Shown here piece after piece: positions 37,193 through 47,500 of a stretch of 64,000 nucleotides of DNA (position 1 is its first letter; every line of letters starts with the position of its first letter). The stretch covers positions 44,170 through 108,169 of the forward strand of contig CAZNDH010000004.1 of assembly GCA_964571765.1 (NCBI GenBank), read 5' to 3'. The position numbers and the translations under genes are program-made. The DNA is from an uncultured Acidimicrobiaceae bacterium (GTDB lineage Bacteria; Actinomycetota; Acidimicrobiia; Spongiisociales; ZC4RG35). The notes below the pieces were generated by a model. It worked only from the letters and a program-made list of their open reading frames with translations, was not told where the DNA came from and ran no database searches.

Positions 37193-37277
37193 TCTCCGAG
37201 GCTACCGAGCACGGCGACCTACTAGACGCCCCGAGGACCGGGGGATAGCATGACCCGGCCCCCACGGTCTCCAGCCT

Positions 37278-38105
37278 GTGAAGACATACACCCTCAGACC
37301 CAGTTCGACCGCACGGCGCCTGGTTGTGGTCATGATGGGCGCGCTATTCGTGGTCTGGGGGATGCCTGCCGCCCTATCCGGCAACGTCGACTGCACCTTC
37401 GTCGCCGATCCCGAGACGCAGCAGGTCCGTGGCGCCGACATCCGGCTGGTCGGCTCGTTCTCCAATCACCCCAACAAGGAATTCGCTGTCGGCCTGTTCA
37501 CCAACATCGCTGCGTTTCCTCCTCAAGGTCATCTCTTCGACCCACAGGACCAGCCTCATGGAACCACCAATCAGACCGGGTTCTTCGATGTCACCGTGAC
37601 CATCCGGCCTGACATCCCCACCGGCGACTACCAGCTCGGGGTCTTGTCCCCGGATCCGGGGCTCTTCACGATCAAGGCCTGCTTCCAGCCCTACACGGTG
37701 CTCCAACCACTGGTGGCCATCCCCCTCCCACCGGGAGGCTTCGCCACCCCCACCACCTCCCCGCCCACCACTGCTCCCCCGGCGCCGACCACCACCGCGG
37801 CTCCGGCTCCGGCGCCCACAGCTCCACCTGCACCCACCACCACGGCACCGCCTTCCACCACAGTCCAACCGACGACCACTTCTCTCGACGAGAGCGCGAC
37901 CACAACCATCTCGCTCGGTGAGAGCACCACCACAGTCGACCTGACTCTGGCAGCCGCATCTGAGACGGATTCGGCATCGGGGCTGCCGATCTGGGCCATC
38001 GCCCTCATCGGCGTGCTTGGCCTGGCGGTGGTAGGGATGGGCGGGTACCTCATAGGCCAGCGACGGCGGGGACCAAGCCCAGATCCCCCGCCCGTCGGGG
38101 ACTGA
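37278..38105 (+). CDS. hypothetical cell-surface protein with a Pro/Thr-rich linker and C-terminal TM anchor
   Basis: Signal/anchor sequence, a ~120-aa globular part, a PT-rich tract (37728-37880), then a TM segment followed by RRRG. Confidence 0.5.
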   Translation: MKTYTLRPSSTARRLVVVMMGALFVVWGMPAALSGNVDCTFVADPETQQVRGADIRLVGSFSNHPNKEFAVGLFTNIAAFPPQGHLFDPQDQPHGTTNQTGFFDVTVTIRPDIPTGDYQLGVLSPDPGLFTIKACFQPYTVLQPLVAIPLPPGGFATPTTSPPTTAPPAPTTTAAPAPAPTAPPAPTTTAPPSTTVQPTTTSLDESATTTISLGESTTTVDLTLAAASETDSASGLPIWAIALIGVLGLAVVGMGGYLIGQRRRGPSPDPPPVGD

Positions 38106-38106
38106 G

Positions 38107-40416
38107 CTAGCCGCGGAACACGTCGGGCGGGATCGCCTCCTGCTGGCGGCGGCGCGCCGCCAATCCAGAGAGGTACTGATCGGGGAATGGATGGCCGGCG
38201 TACCCCAAGTCGATGGCCGCATTGAGTGTCCAGTAGGGGTCGACCAGGTGGGGTCGGGCGATGACACACAGATCGGCCCGACCTGCAACCAGGATGTTGT
38301 GCACATCGTCTATCGACGACACCGCTCCCACGGTCATGGTGGGGATACCCACTTCGTGCCGTATCCGGTCGCTGAACGGGGTCTGGTAGAGCCTCCCGTA
38401 CTCCGGCCTGGCTTCCATCGATGTCTGACCGGTGGAAACGTCGACGATATCGCACCCGTGCGCTTGGAGGGCTGAGGCGAGCACCACTGCGTCGTCACCA
38501 TCGAAGCCGCCGTCCACCCAGTCGGTGGCCGAGATCCGCACCGAAATCGGCTTCTCGGCCGGCCACGCCTCCCTGACCGCGTCGAACACCTCCAGCGGGT
38601 ATCGCATCCGACTCTCGAGGCTCCCCCCGTAGGCATCGGTCCTCTGGTTGGCCAATGGGGTGAGGAAGCTGGAGAGGAGGTAGCCGTGGGCACAATGCAA
38701 CTCGAGGAGGTCGAAACCGGCCCGAGCCCCCCTTGACGCCGCCTCGACGAACTCTTCCTTGACACGGGTCATGTCAGCGCCGGTCATCTCCCGGGGCACC
38801 TGGCTGTCGGACCGGTACTTGATTGGTGAGGGAGCGATGACCTCCCAGTTCCCCTGCTCGAGAGGTTCGGTGTCACCTTCCCACATCCTCTTGGTCGAGC
38901 CCTTCCGACCGGAGTGGCCGATCTGCAACCCGATCCGGGCTCCGGTGTTCTCGTGGACGAAGCCCACGATTTCGGCCCAAGTCGCCTCCTGCCGGTCGTC
39001 CCAGATCCCGGTGTCGGCCGGGGAGATCCGTCCTTGCTCCGAGACACAGGTCATCTCGGTCATCACCAGCCCGGCCCCGCCCACCGCCCGGCTCCCCAGA
39101 TGGACCAGATGCCAGGAGGTGGGCACCCCGTCCTCCCCCGCGCTGTACTGGTCCATCGGCGAGACCACCACCCGGTTGGCCAGGGTGAGACCTCTCAGCC
39201 GATAGGGGTGGAACATCGGGGGTACCGCGGGGCCAACTTCGATCGGTGACCCGTGGTCGGAGGCGGCATACCAGCGGTCAACCGACGCCATGTAGGCCGG
39301 GTCGCGCACCCGGAGGTTGTCGTAGGTGACCCTCTGGGACCTGGTGAGCAGGCTGAAAGTGAACTGCTCGGGCTCCATGCCGCGATAGCGATCGGCGCCT
39401 TCGAACCACTCCAGGCTGGCCTTGGCAGCACGTTGCAGGCTGTCCACCGCCGGCCTCCGCTCCTGCTCGTAGGTCACGAAGGCATTCTCGACTGAGGAGC
39501 GCGCAGCCAGGCTGCCCGCCAGGCTGATGGCGTCTTCCATGGCCAGCTTGGTCCCCGACCCCACCGAGAAGTGGGCGGTGTGGGCCGCGTCGCCGAGCAG
39601 CACGACGTTGCCGTGATGCCAGCGGGCGCAATCAATGGCAGGGAACTGGAGCCACTTGGAGTTGTTGCCCAGAAGCTGTTCGCCGTCGAGGTGGTTGGCG
39701 AACAGGTCCTGACAACGAGTCAGGGCCTCCTCGTCACTCACCCCTGGGGGGAAGGTGTGGTGTTCGGTGGCGTCGAAGCCGAGTCCTCGCCAGGTGTCGG
39801 GGGCCATCTCCACGATGAAGGTGCTTCCCTCCTCCGAGTAGGGATAGACATGGGCCCACACCATCCCGGCCGGGGTGTCGACGAAGATGAAGTGGAAGCG
39901 GTGGTATCGCTTCGGGGTGCCGAACCAGGCGTACTTGTTGACTCGGTGGTCGACTCGGGGGTCGAGGTATGGCAGAAGCGCCGCCCGCACCATGGAGTTC
40001 GCCCCGTCGGCGCCGACCACCACGTCGGCGTCGCCCACCTCGTCGAGCTTGGAGACCTCGGTGGAGTAGCGGAGATCGGCGCCGACCTCGACCGCCCTTT
40101 CGCTGAGGATCTCGAGGAGGCGACGCCGGCTGAGTGCCGAGAACCCGTGACCCCCGGAGATGATGCGGGAGCCCGAAAAGTGGCGCACCTCGATGTCACC
40201 CCAGCGCACGAACTCGCCGGCCAGGGTCTGGAACGACTCGGAATCCGCTTCTTCGAAGTGGTCCAGGGTCTCGTCGGAGAAGACCACCCCGAACCCGTAG
40301 GCATCTGCTGGAGTGTTCCGCTCGAAGACGGTGACCTCCACGTCGTGACTCTGCCGGCGGAGCAATATCGCCAGGTAGAGGCCGCCAGGGCCGCCACCGA
40401 CCACCGAGACCTTCAT
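38107..40416 (-). CDS. fused FAD-dependent monooxygenase / Old-Yellow-Enzyme-type flavin oxidoreductase (salicylyl-CoA 5-hydroxylase-like)
   Basis: N-terminal MKVSVVGGGPGGLYLA (FAD binding) and a C-terminal OYE-like TIM barrel (LELHCAHGYLLSSFLTP). The 769-aa architecture matches that bifunctional family as I recall it. Confidence 0.7.
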   Translation of the reverse strand: MKVSVVGGGPGGLYLAILLRRQSHDVEVTVFERNTPADAYGFGVVFSDETLDHFEEADSESFQTLAGEFVRWGDIEVRHFSGSRIISGGHGFSALSRRRLLEILSERAVEVGADLRYSTEVSKLDEVGDADVVVGADGANSMVRAALLPYLDPRVDHRVNKYAWFGTPKRYHRFHFIFVDTPAGMVWAHVYPYSEEGSTFIVEMAPDTWRGLGFDATEHHTFPPGVSDEEALTRCQDLFANHLDGEQLLGNNSKWLQFPAIDCARWHHGNVVLLGDAAHTAHFSVGSGTKLAMEDAISLAGSLAARSSVENAFVTYEQERRPAVDSLQRAAKASLEWFEGADRYRGMEPEQFTFSLLTRSQRVTYDNLRVRDPAYMASVDRWYAASDHGSPIEVGPAVPPMFHPYRLRGLTLANRVVVSPMDQYSAGEDGVPTSWHLVHLGSRAVGGAGLVMTEMTCVSEQGRISPADTGIWDDRQEATWAEIVGFVHENTGARIGLQIGHSGRKGSTKRMWEGDTEPLEQGNWEVIAPSPIKYRSDSQVPREMTGADMTRVKEEFVEAASRGARAGFDLLELHCAHGYLLSSFLTPLANQRTDAYGGSLESRMRYPLEVFDAVREAWPAEKPISVRISATDWVDGGFDGDDAVVLASALQAHGCDIVDVSTGQTSMEARPEYGRLYQTPFSDRIRHEVGIPTMTVGAVSSIDDVHNILVAGRADLCVIARPHLVDPYWTLNAAIDLGYAGHPFPDQYLSGLAARRRQQEAIPPDVFRG

Positions 40417-42938
40417 GACCCGGCGAGAATCACCCGGACGGCGAACTCGCCTTCCCGGCAGGTGAGGCTTCGGGCGCGTGCCGCTTCCAGCAGGTCGGGC
40501 TCGGCCTGGGCAAGCCGCTCGATGACCTGGGACGAGGCGGTCACCTCGAGCTCGGCCACCTCGGTCTTCATCGACACCTTGCTCTCCGACTTGGCCTTTC
40601 TCACCTCGGTGAGCACCCTGGCCGCAGCCGTCAGCACCTCCCGGTCCCCGGTGAGCCCGGCCAACTCAGTGGCGGAGGGCCACGCAGAACGATGGACCGA
40701 CCCTGCCCGCCACCACGACCAGGCCTCTTCGGTTACAAAGGGTAGGAAGGGAGCGAAGAGACGAAGGAAAACCTCGAGCCCGACCTGAAGGGCTGCGTGA
40801 GCCGATGCCGCCTCGGGCCCCTGCCCGTAGGCTCGCGCCTTGACCAGTTCCAGGTAGTCGTCGGTCCACTCCCAGAACGACCTCTCGGTCACTTCCAGCG
40901 CCCGGGCGTAGTCGAAGGCTTCGAAGGCCTCGGTGGCACGGCCAACCGTGTCGGCGAGGCCGGCGACCATCGCCAGGTCGATCGGCTCGGAAACCGCATC
41001 GGGACCCACATCGTCCGAGAACCCCAGGGCGAACCTCGACGCATTCAGGATCTTGATCGCCAGGCGCCGGCCGATCCGCATCACACCGGTGTCGAGAGCG
41101 GTGTCGACCCCGGGACGTCCGTTGCAGGCCCAATATCTGATCGCCTCTGCGCCGTACTCCTCAAGCAAGGACTGAGGGGTGACCACATTTCCCTTGGACT
41201 TCGACATCTTCTTCCGGTCCGGGTCGAGTATCCACCCGTTGATGGTTGCGGTGTGCCAGGGCAGGCCGCCGTGCTCGTGGTGAGACCGGACCGCGGTGGC
41301 GAACAGCCAGGTCCTTATGATCTCGGGCCCCTGGGGCCGAAGGTCCATGGGGAAGACTCGCCCCCACAACTCGGGATCATCGATCCAATGACCGACGATC
41401 TGGGGGGTGAGCGACGAAGTAGCCCAGGTGTCCATGATGTCGGGATCGCCGAAGAACCCGCCGGGTCGCCCACGCTGGGCCTCCTCGTAACCTTCTGGGG
41501 CATGTGAGGTGGGATCGACGGGGAGCTTCTCCGGCCCGGGAAGGATGGGGTTGTCATAATCGATCGACCCGTCCTCCCCTATCGGGTACCACACCGGGAT
41601 GGGAACCCCGAAAAACCGCTGTCGCGAGATCAGCCAGTCGCCGTTGAGGCCCTCGACCCAGTGCCGGTAGCGAACTCGCATGAAGTCGGGGACCCAGCGC
41701 AGCTCCTCGCCACGAGCGAGCAGGTCCTTGCGCAGGTCGTCGTCCCGGCCGCCGTTGCGGATGTACCACTGACGGCTGGTGACGATCTCCAGGGGGTGGG
41801 ACCCCCTCTCGTAGAACTTGACCGCGTGGGTGATCGGCTTGGGATCACCGTCGAGGTCACCCGAAGCGCTGAGAAGCTGGGCCATCTTCGCCCTCGCCTG
41901 GTTGGGATAGCGGCCGGCGATCTCGGAGTAGAACCGGGCACCGGCTCCAGTCAGCCAATCGGGTGTGGCCTCCTGGAACCTCCCGTCCCGTTGCACCACT
42001 GCCCGTGTCGGGAGCTGGAGCTCACGCCACCAGGTGATGTCGGTGGTGTCACCGAAGGTGCAGATCATGGCGAGCCCGGTTCCCTTCCCCGGCTCAGCCA
42101 GATGGTGGGCTACCACCGGGACCTCCACTCCGAACAATGGCGTTGTGACCGTGGATCCGAACATCTCACGGTATCGGTCATCCTCGGGGTGGGCGACCAA
42201 TGCGACACACGAGCAGATCAGCTCCGGTCGGGTGGTCTCGATGTAGACCCGGCCCCGGTCGGGCTTGTGGAAGGCGATCGTGTGGTAGGCACCGGGCCGC
42301 TCCCGGTCTTCGATCTCGGCCTGGGCGACTGCGGTTCGGTCGTCGATGTCCCAGAGGATCGGCGCCTCCTGGGAGTAGGCCTCCCCCCGGGTGAGATTGT
42401 TGAGGAAGGCGGTCTGCGAGGTTCGTTGGCTGTGCTCGTCGATGGTGGCGTAGGTCTGGGTCCAGTCGACGGAGAGCCCCATCGACCGCCAGGTGTCCTC
42501 GAACAGCCCCTCATCCTCGGCGGTGAGTATGTGGCACAGCTCGATGAAGTTTCGCCGGCTGATCGACCGGGGAGGGTCGAAAGCCGCCTCGGGTGGGCTG
42601 AAGGCGGGATCGTAGGGAAGCGAAGGGTCACAGTTGACACCGTAGAAGTTCTGAACCCGCCGCTCGGTGGGGAGCCCGTTGTCGTCCCATCCCATCGGGT
42701 AGAAGACCTCGTTGCCCGCCATCCGGCGATACCGGGCGTGGGAGTCGGTCTGGACGTAGCCGAAGACCGACCCCATGTGAAGCGAGCCGGAGACGGTGGG
42801 CGGAGGGGTGTCGATCGAGAAGATCTCCTCCCGGGTCTTCGACCGATCGAAGCGGTAGGTGCCCTGGCTCTCCCATCTGGCATCCCACTTGGCCTCGAGA
42901 CCGTCGAGACCGGACTGTTCGGGCAGGCTCCTCGGCAT
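40413..42938 (-). CDS. valS: valine--tRNA ligase
   Basis: HIGH-type PPPTVSGSLHMGS and KMSKSKGN motifs; 841 aa. Confidence 0.9.
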   Translation of the reverse strand: MPRSLPEQSGLDGLEAKWDARWESQGTYRFDRSKTREEIFSIDTPPPTVSGSLHMGSVFGYVQTDSHARYRRMAGNEVFYPMGWDDNGLPTERRVQNFYGVNCDPSLPYDPAFSPPEAAFDPPRSISRRNFIELCHILTAEDEGLFEDTWRSMGLSVDWTQTYATIDEHSQRTSQTAFLNNLTRGEAYSQEAPILWDIDDRTAVAQAEIEDRERPGAYHTIAFHKPDRGRVYIETTRPELICSCVALVAHPEDDRYREMFGSTVTTPLFGVEVPVVAHHLAEPGKGTGLAMICTFGDTTDITWWRELQLPTRAVVQRDGRFQEATPDWLTGAGARFYSEIAGRYPNQARAKMAQLLSASGDLDGDPKPITHAVKFYERGSHPLEIVTSRQWYIRNGGRDDDLRKDLLARGEELRWVPDFMRVRYRHWVEGLNGDWLISRQRFFGVPIPVWYPIGEDGSIDYDNPILPGPEKLPVDPTSHAPEGYEEAQRGRPGGFFGDPDIMDTWATSSLTPQIVGHWIDDPELWGRVFPMDLRPQGPEIIRTWLFATAVRSHHEHGGLPWHTATINGWILDPDRKKMSKSKGNVVTPQSLLEEYGAEAIRYWACNGRPGVDTALDTGVMRIGRRLAIKILNASRFALGFSDDVGPDAVSEPIDLAMVAGLADTVGRATEAFEAFDYARALEVTERSFWEWTDDYLELVKARAYGQGPEAASAHAALQVGLEVFLRLFAPFLPFVTEEAWSWWRAGSVHRSAWPSATELAGLTGDREVLTAAARVLTEVRKAKSESKVSMKTEVAELEVTASSQVIERLAQAEPDLLEAARARSLTCREGEFAVRVILAGS

Positions 42939-43035
42939 CGCCAGCAGGTTAAATCCCTCGCCACCCTTTCACCCCACCGGGCGAAAGGCTGTCGGGATGG
43001 TCGCTGAGGCCGGAGGGGCGCGCAGCTCGGGAGGC

Positions 43036-43377
43036 TCAGCTCAGGTACAGAGTGGTCATAGCCCCGAGGACCGCGACCATCACGATGACCAAGAGATAGA
43101 AGAGCCGGTCGATGCGGGCGTTGAGTGACATACCGAGTTCCCTGATCTCCTCGCCCAGCTCCGCCTTGAGCTCCGCCTTTAGTTCTGCTTTGAACAGCTG
43201 GAGATCCGTCTTGGTGACCAGTTGGTCGTAGTCGTGCACCGGCAGCATGCTCATCAGCGTGTCCGCCCTCGGGCCACCGAGGGCCTCCGTGAGCCCAGTG
43301 TAGAGATCGGCCCGCGCTGACTCAGAAATACCCACACCCCCATCATCGTGAGCCGGCATCTGGCGACAACCCTCCAT
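43036..43377 (-). CDS. tail-anchored coiled-coil membrane protein (DUF1640-like)
   Basis: 113 aa with a KAELKAELKAEL repeat followed by a C-terminal TM LFYLLVIVMVAVLGAMTTLYL. Confidence 0.45.
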   Translation of the reverse strand: MEGCRQMPAHDDGGVGISESARADLYTGLTEALGGPRADTLMSMLPVHDYDQLVTKTDLQLFKAELKAELKAELGEEIRELGMSLNARIDRLFYLLVIVMVAVLGAMTTLYLS

Positions 43378-43598
43378 TGAGCCTCCCCCGCTTCTCCGGA
43401 CACCATGATGCTCCCCCGGTTCTTCTGTGTCGTCTTGTCTGAACTGGTGGTGTGCTGACTGTTAAGGGAGGTTCAGTCATCCCGAGGAGACCCGTCGTCC
43501 TCCCAGACTGACCAATCGGCAACCGCGGCGGATCAACTACCCTCGTCGCGAGGCTTTGACGTGGCATGAGCCTGGCTCCCCGCCTTCTGCGGGGATTT

Positions 43599-44048
43599 CT
43601 ACGGGTCGACCGACGTCAGACCGTATTCGGTTTCTCTAAGGATCAGCCCCGTCAGTTCCGACACAAGCTCGCGCCAGTTCTCGATAGCGATGTCCGAAGG
43701 TGCCTGCACAAACCAGACCCGGCGCCCGGCGCTGTCCATGACCGCGATCCCATGAAGCTCCTCTCCGCCTCGTCCTGCTTCGGTCGGCACCTTGTCCCAG
43801 CAATACACCGTCCCGATCTCGGTCTCATTGGGCAAGGCTGACTCGAACCGAGGTTCCACCTGCCGCAACATCTCACGTTTGGCTGTGTTCGATGGATTGT
43901 CGGCCGTTAGGTCGTGGAGAAGGCCGGCGCATGGCCCGGTGGACGGCATTCCCGGTGGCTCACTTCGATTAGCCAGCGCCATCGCAACGGCGAGAGCCAA
44001 CACGGCGCTGGCCATTATGATTTGAGCGCTCTTTCGCTTCCCAGACAC
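43599..44048 (-). CDS. hypothetical secreted or membrane-anchored protein (low-GC islet)
   Basis: N-terminal hydrophobic segment ASAVLALAVAMALA. It lies 24 nt downstream of the preceding small gene. No family recognised. Confidence 0.4.
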   Translation of the reverse strand: MSGKRKSAQIIMASAVLALAVAMALANRSEPPGMPSTGPCAGLLHDLTADNPSNTAKREMLRQVEPRFESALPNETEIGTVYCWDKVPTEAGRGGEELHGIAVMDSAGRRVWFVQAPSDIAIENWRELVSELTGLILRETEYGLTSVDP

Positions 44049-44072
44049 GACTATTCCAGATTCTCACTCCGA

Positions 44073-44450
44073 CTACGGGTAATAGAGCGACAGGCTCTTC
44101 GTCGACCAATCCCAATTGCTGTTCTTGAAGGCGTGACCCGTCTTCACGGTTGCCGGGTAGTTGTACGCTCTCCAAACGCTCGCAACGGCAACGCAGTACA
44201 CGCATGATGCAATGTATTCGTGTCCACCGTGAGTTATGGTTGCCCACACCGAGGTAGCGACATGAGGGGTCGTCTGGCTATGGGCCCGCACCTCGACGCA
44301 GCAGCTACCAGCGTCTCTGGATTGCTGCCAATACACGAAGTTATGGAAGGCCGCGGCGGGAGGGGCGCTGAGTTGTACAAGGATAATGACTGCGAGGGAG
44401 AGAACGGCTGCGCGGCGAACGACACGAAGTGGCCTGGCTATACCGCTCAC
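44073..44450 (-). CDS. hypothetical small secreted Cys/His/aromatic-rich protein (low-GC islet)
   Basis: GTG start with an AAGGAGG SD 8 nt upstream. Signal peptide ...LVQLSAPPAAA/FH. The ~91-aa mature part has 4 Cys and several His, Trp and Tyr. Confidence 0.5.
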   Translation of the reverse strand: MSGIARPLRVVRRAAVLSLAVIILVQLSAPPAAAFHNFVYWQQSRDAGSCCVEVRAHSQTTPHVATSVWATITHGGHEYIASCVYCVAVASVWRAYNYPATVKTGHAFKNSNWDWSTKSLSLYYP

Positions 44451-44590
44451 CGATCCGGCCTCCTTGGGGATTCCAACGCACGCTACCGCTGAACCCCCCC
44501 GTCAAGGGATGAGATCGTGGGCCTCGGCTCGCGCCCCCTCGGTTACGCCTGAACCGGGCCCATCTCCTCCCGGCACTCCCCGGAGCAACC

Positions 44591-47500
44591 TCACATGTTC
44601 CTTCGGTACTGGCCGCCGACGTCGTAGAGGGCCTGGCTCATCTGGCCCAGGGAGGACACCTTGGCGGCCTCCATCAGGCTCTCGAAGATATTGTCGCCTC
44701 GGACCGCGGCTCGTTGCAGGTCGGCGAGTGCTGCCCCGGACTTTTCCCGATTGCGGTCCTGGAAGGCCCGCAGGTTGGCGATCTGGCGGTCGCGGTCGAT
44801 GACTGTGGAGCGGATCAGGTGCTTGGGGATCTCGAAAGGTGAGCCCTCCTTGGAGAGGAAGGTGTTGACCCCGACGATGGGGTAGGCGCCGGATTCCTTC
44901 TGCTGCTCGTAGTAGAGCGATTCCTCTTGGATCTTGGTCCGCTGGTACTGGCGCTCCATCGCCCCGAGCACCCCTCCCCGGCTGCTCAGGTTCTCGAACT
45001 CCATCAACACCGCCTCTTCGACCAGGTCGGTGAGCTCCTCGATGATGAAGCTTCCCTGGAGGGGGTTCTCGTTGCGAGCCAGGCCCAGCTCGCGGTTGAT
45101 GATGAGCTGGATGGCCAATGCCCGGCGCACCGACTCCTCGGTGGGGGTGGTGATCGCCTCGTCGTAGGCGTTGGTATGGAGGCTGTTGCAGTTGTCGTAT
45201 ACGGCGTACAGCGCCTGGAGGGTGGTGCGGATGTCGTTGAAGCTGATCTCTTGGGCGTGGAGGGAGCGCCCCGAGGTCTGGATGTGGTACTTGAGCTTCT
45301 GGGAGCGCTCGTTGCCCCCATACCTGTGTCTGATCGCCTTGGCCCAGATCCGACGGGCGACACGGCCGATCACCGCGTACTCGGCGTCTATCCCGTTCGA
45401 GAAGAAGAAGGAGAGGTTGGGGGCGAGCTGGTCGATGTCCATCCCCCGGGCCAGGTAGTTCTCCACGTAGGTGAACCCGTTGGCCAGGGTGAACGCCAAC
45501 TGGGTGATCGGGTTGGCCCCGGCCTCGGCCATGTGATAACCGCTGATCGACACCGAGTAGAAGTTGGCCACGTCGTGGTCGACGAAGTACTGCTGAATGT
45601 CCCCCATCATCCTCAGGGCGAACTCGGTGGAGAATATGCAGGTGTTCTGCGCCTGATCCTCCTTGAGGATGTCGGCCTGGACCGTGCCCCGCACCCGGGA
45701 CAGGGTTGCCGCCTTGATCGCCTCATACACCTTGGCGGGGAGGACCTGGTCGCCGGTGACGCCGAGGAGACGCAGACCAAGCCCGTCGTGACCGCCGGGC
45801 AGTGGCCCGTGATACTCCGGGGCGGGGTGATCCCCCCGGATAGCAGCGATACTCTCCTCGACCTCCTCCCAGAGGCCTTGTTCGGTGATGTACTTCTCAC
45901 AGGCCTGGTCGATGGCGGTGTTCATGAAGAAGGCCAGGATCATTGGGGCCGGCCCGTTGATGGTCATCGATACCGAAGTCGCCGGATCGGATAGGTCGAA
46001 CCCGGAGTAGAGCTTCTTGGCGTCGTCGAGGGTGGCCACCGACACCCCGGAGTTGCCCACCTTGCCGTAGATGTCAGGGCGCTCGTGAGGGTCCTCACCA
46101 TAGAGGGTCACCGAGTCGAAGGCTGTCGACAATCGTATGGCCGGCATCCCCGAAGCCAGATAATGGAATCGGGCGTTGGTCTGCTCCGGGGGCCCCTCCC
46201 CGGCAAACATCCGGGCCGGCTCCTCCTCGGCACGTTTGAAGGGGAACACCCCAGCGGCATAGGGGAACTCCCCGGGCACGTTCTCCTGGAGGAGCCACTC
46301 CAGCCGGTCCCCCCAAGAACGGTACCGGGGAAGGGCCACCTTGGGGACCCGGGTATGTGACAGGGTCACATGGTGGAGCGGCACCCGGATCTCCCGCCCC
46401 CGCACGTAGTAGACGAACTCCTCACCCGAATACTCGGCGATCATCCCCTCCCAGCGCTCCAATGCCTTGCGGTTCTCCGCGGTGAGCTCCTCCTCGGTGG
46501 CGGACAACTCTTCGGCGACATCAGCACCGGCCTCGGCGGCACCGGTCAGTCGGTAGATCCGGTCGGCAGCTATGGCCTGTTCCCCCACCCATTCGTCATA
46601 ACTGCGGATGGCTTCGACGATCTCGGAGAGGTACCTGGTGCGGTCCGGTGGGACCACATGCTGCTTCGACTCGGCAGAGACCGGAAGGTCGATGCCGGAG
46701 CTCAGCGCCAACCCCCGTCCGGCGAGCTTCTCCAGCAGGGCCAGGTAGAACCGGTTGGTTCCCGGATCGTTGAAGTCGGAAGCCACGGTGAGGAGCACCG
46801 GGATTTCCTCGTCGGCCGCGGCGAAGTCGAGGTGGTTTCGCTTCCACTGCTTGCGCACGTCACGGAGGGCGTCGAGCGCACCTTCCTTGTCCGCCTTGTT
46901 GATCGCCACCAGGTCGGCGAAGTCCAACATGTCGACCTTCTCCAGCTGCGTCGCCGCCCCGTACTCAGGGGTCATCACATACACGGAGAGGTCGGAGGAG
47001 TCCACTATCTCGGTGTCCGACTGGCCAATCCCCGAGGTCTCCAAGAGCACTAAGTCGTACCCGGCGGCCTTGACCACGTTGACCGCCTGTTGGACATGGG
47101 GCGACAGGGCGAGGTTGGCCTGTCGTGTGGCCAACGATCTCATGTACGCCCGGGGATGGGGAAGCGAGTTCATCCGGATCCGGTCACCGAGAAGGGCACC
47201 ACCCGACCTCCGCTTCGAAGGGTCGACCGAGAGGATCGCCAGACGCAACCCATCGAAGTCGAGGAGCAGCCGGCGTACCAGCTCATCGACCAGGCTCGAC
47301 TTGCCCGAGCCCCCGGTGCCGGTGACCCCCACTACCGGAGCAGCCGACGAGGCGGCCATCACCTCCACCTCCTCGAAGACGTCGGCGTACTTCTCGCCGT
47401 AGTTCTCCGCCGCCGAGATGAGAGAAGCCACCAGGCGGCGGTCTCCGCCCGCCAGACCGGAGAGGTCCAAGTCCTCAGGGAGCTGGCCGGTGGCGAAGTC

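Noticed and set aside
42939-43035. A T-box or other leader upstream of valS, and a B12 riboswitch upstream of icmF (47981-48023).
   Set aside because: The valS upstream region is only 97 nt and has just short imperfect stems. The icmF upstream region is 43 nt and contains only an SD. Neither has room or motifs for these elements.
44073-44450. Possible membership of the small secreted protein in the lactococcin-972 bacteriocin family (His-rich beta protein ending in YY).
   Set aside because: The resemblance is limited to composition and a C-terminal YY. The N-terminal Gly/Trp motif I associate with that family is not present. I kept it only as an unclassified secreted protein.
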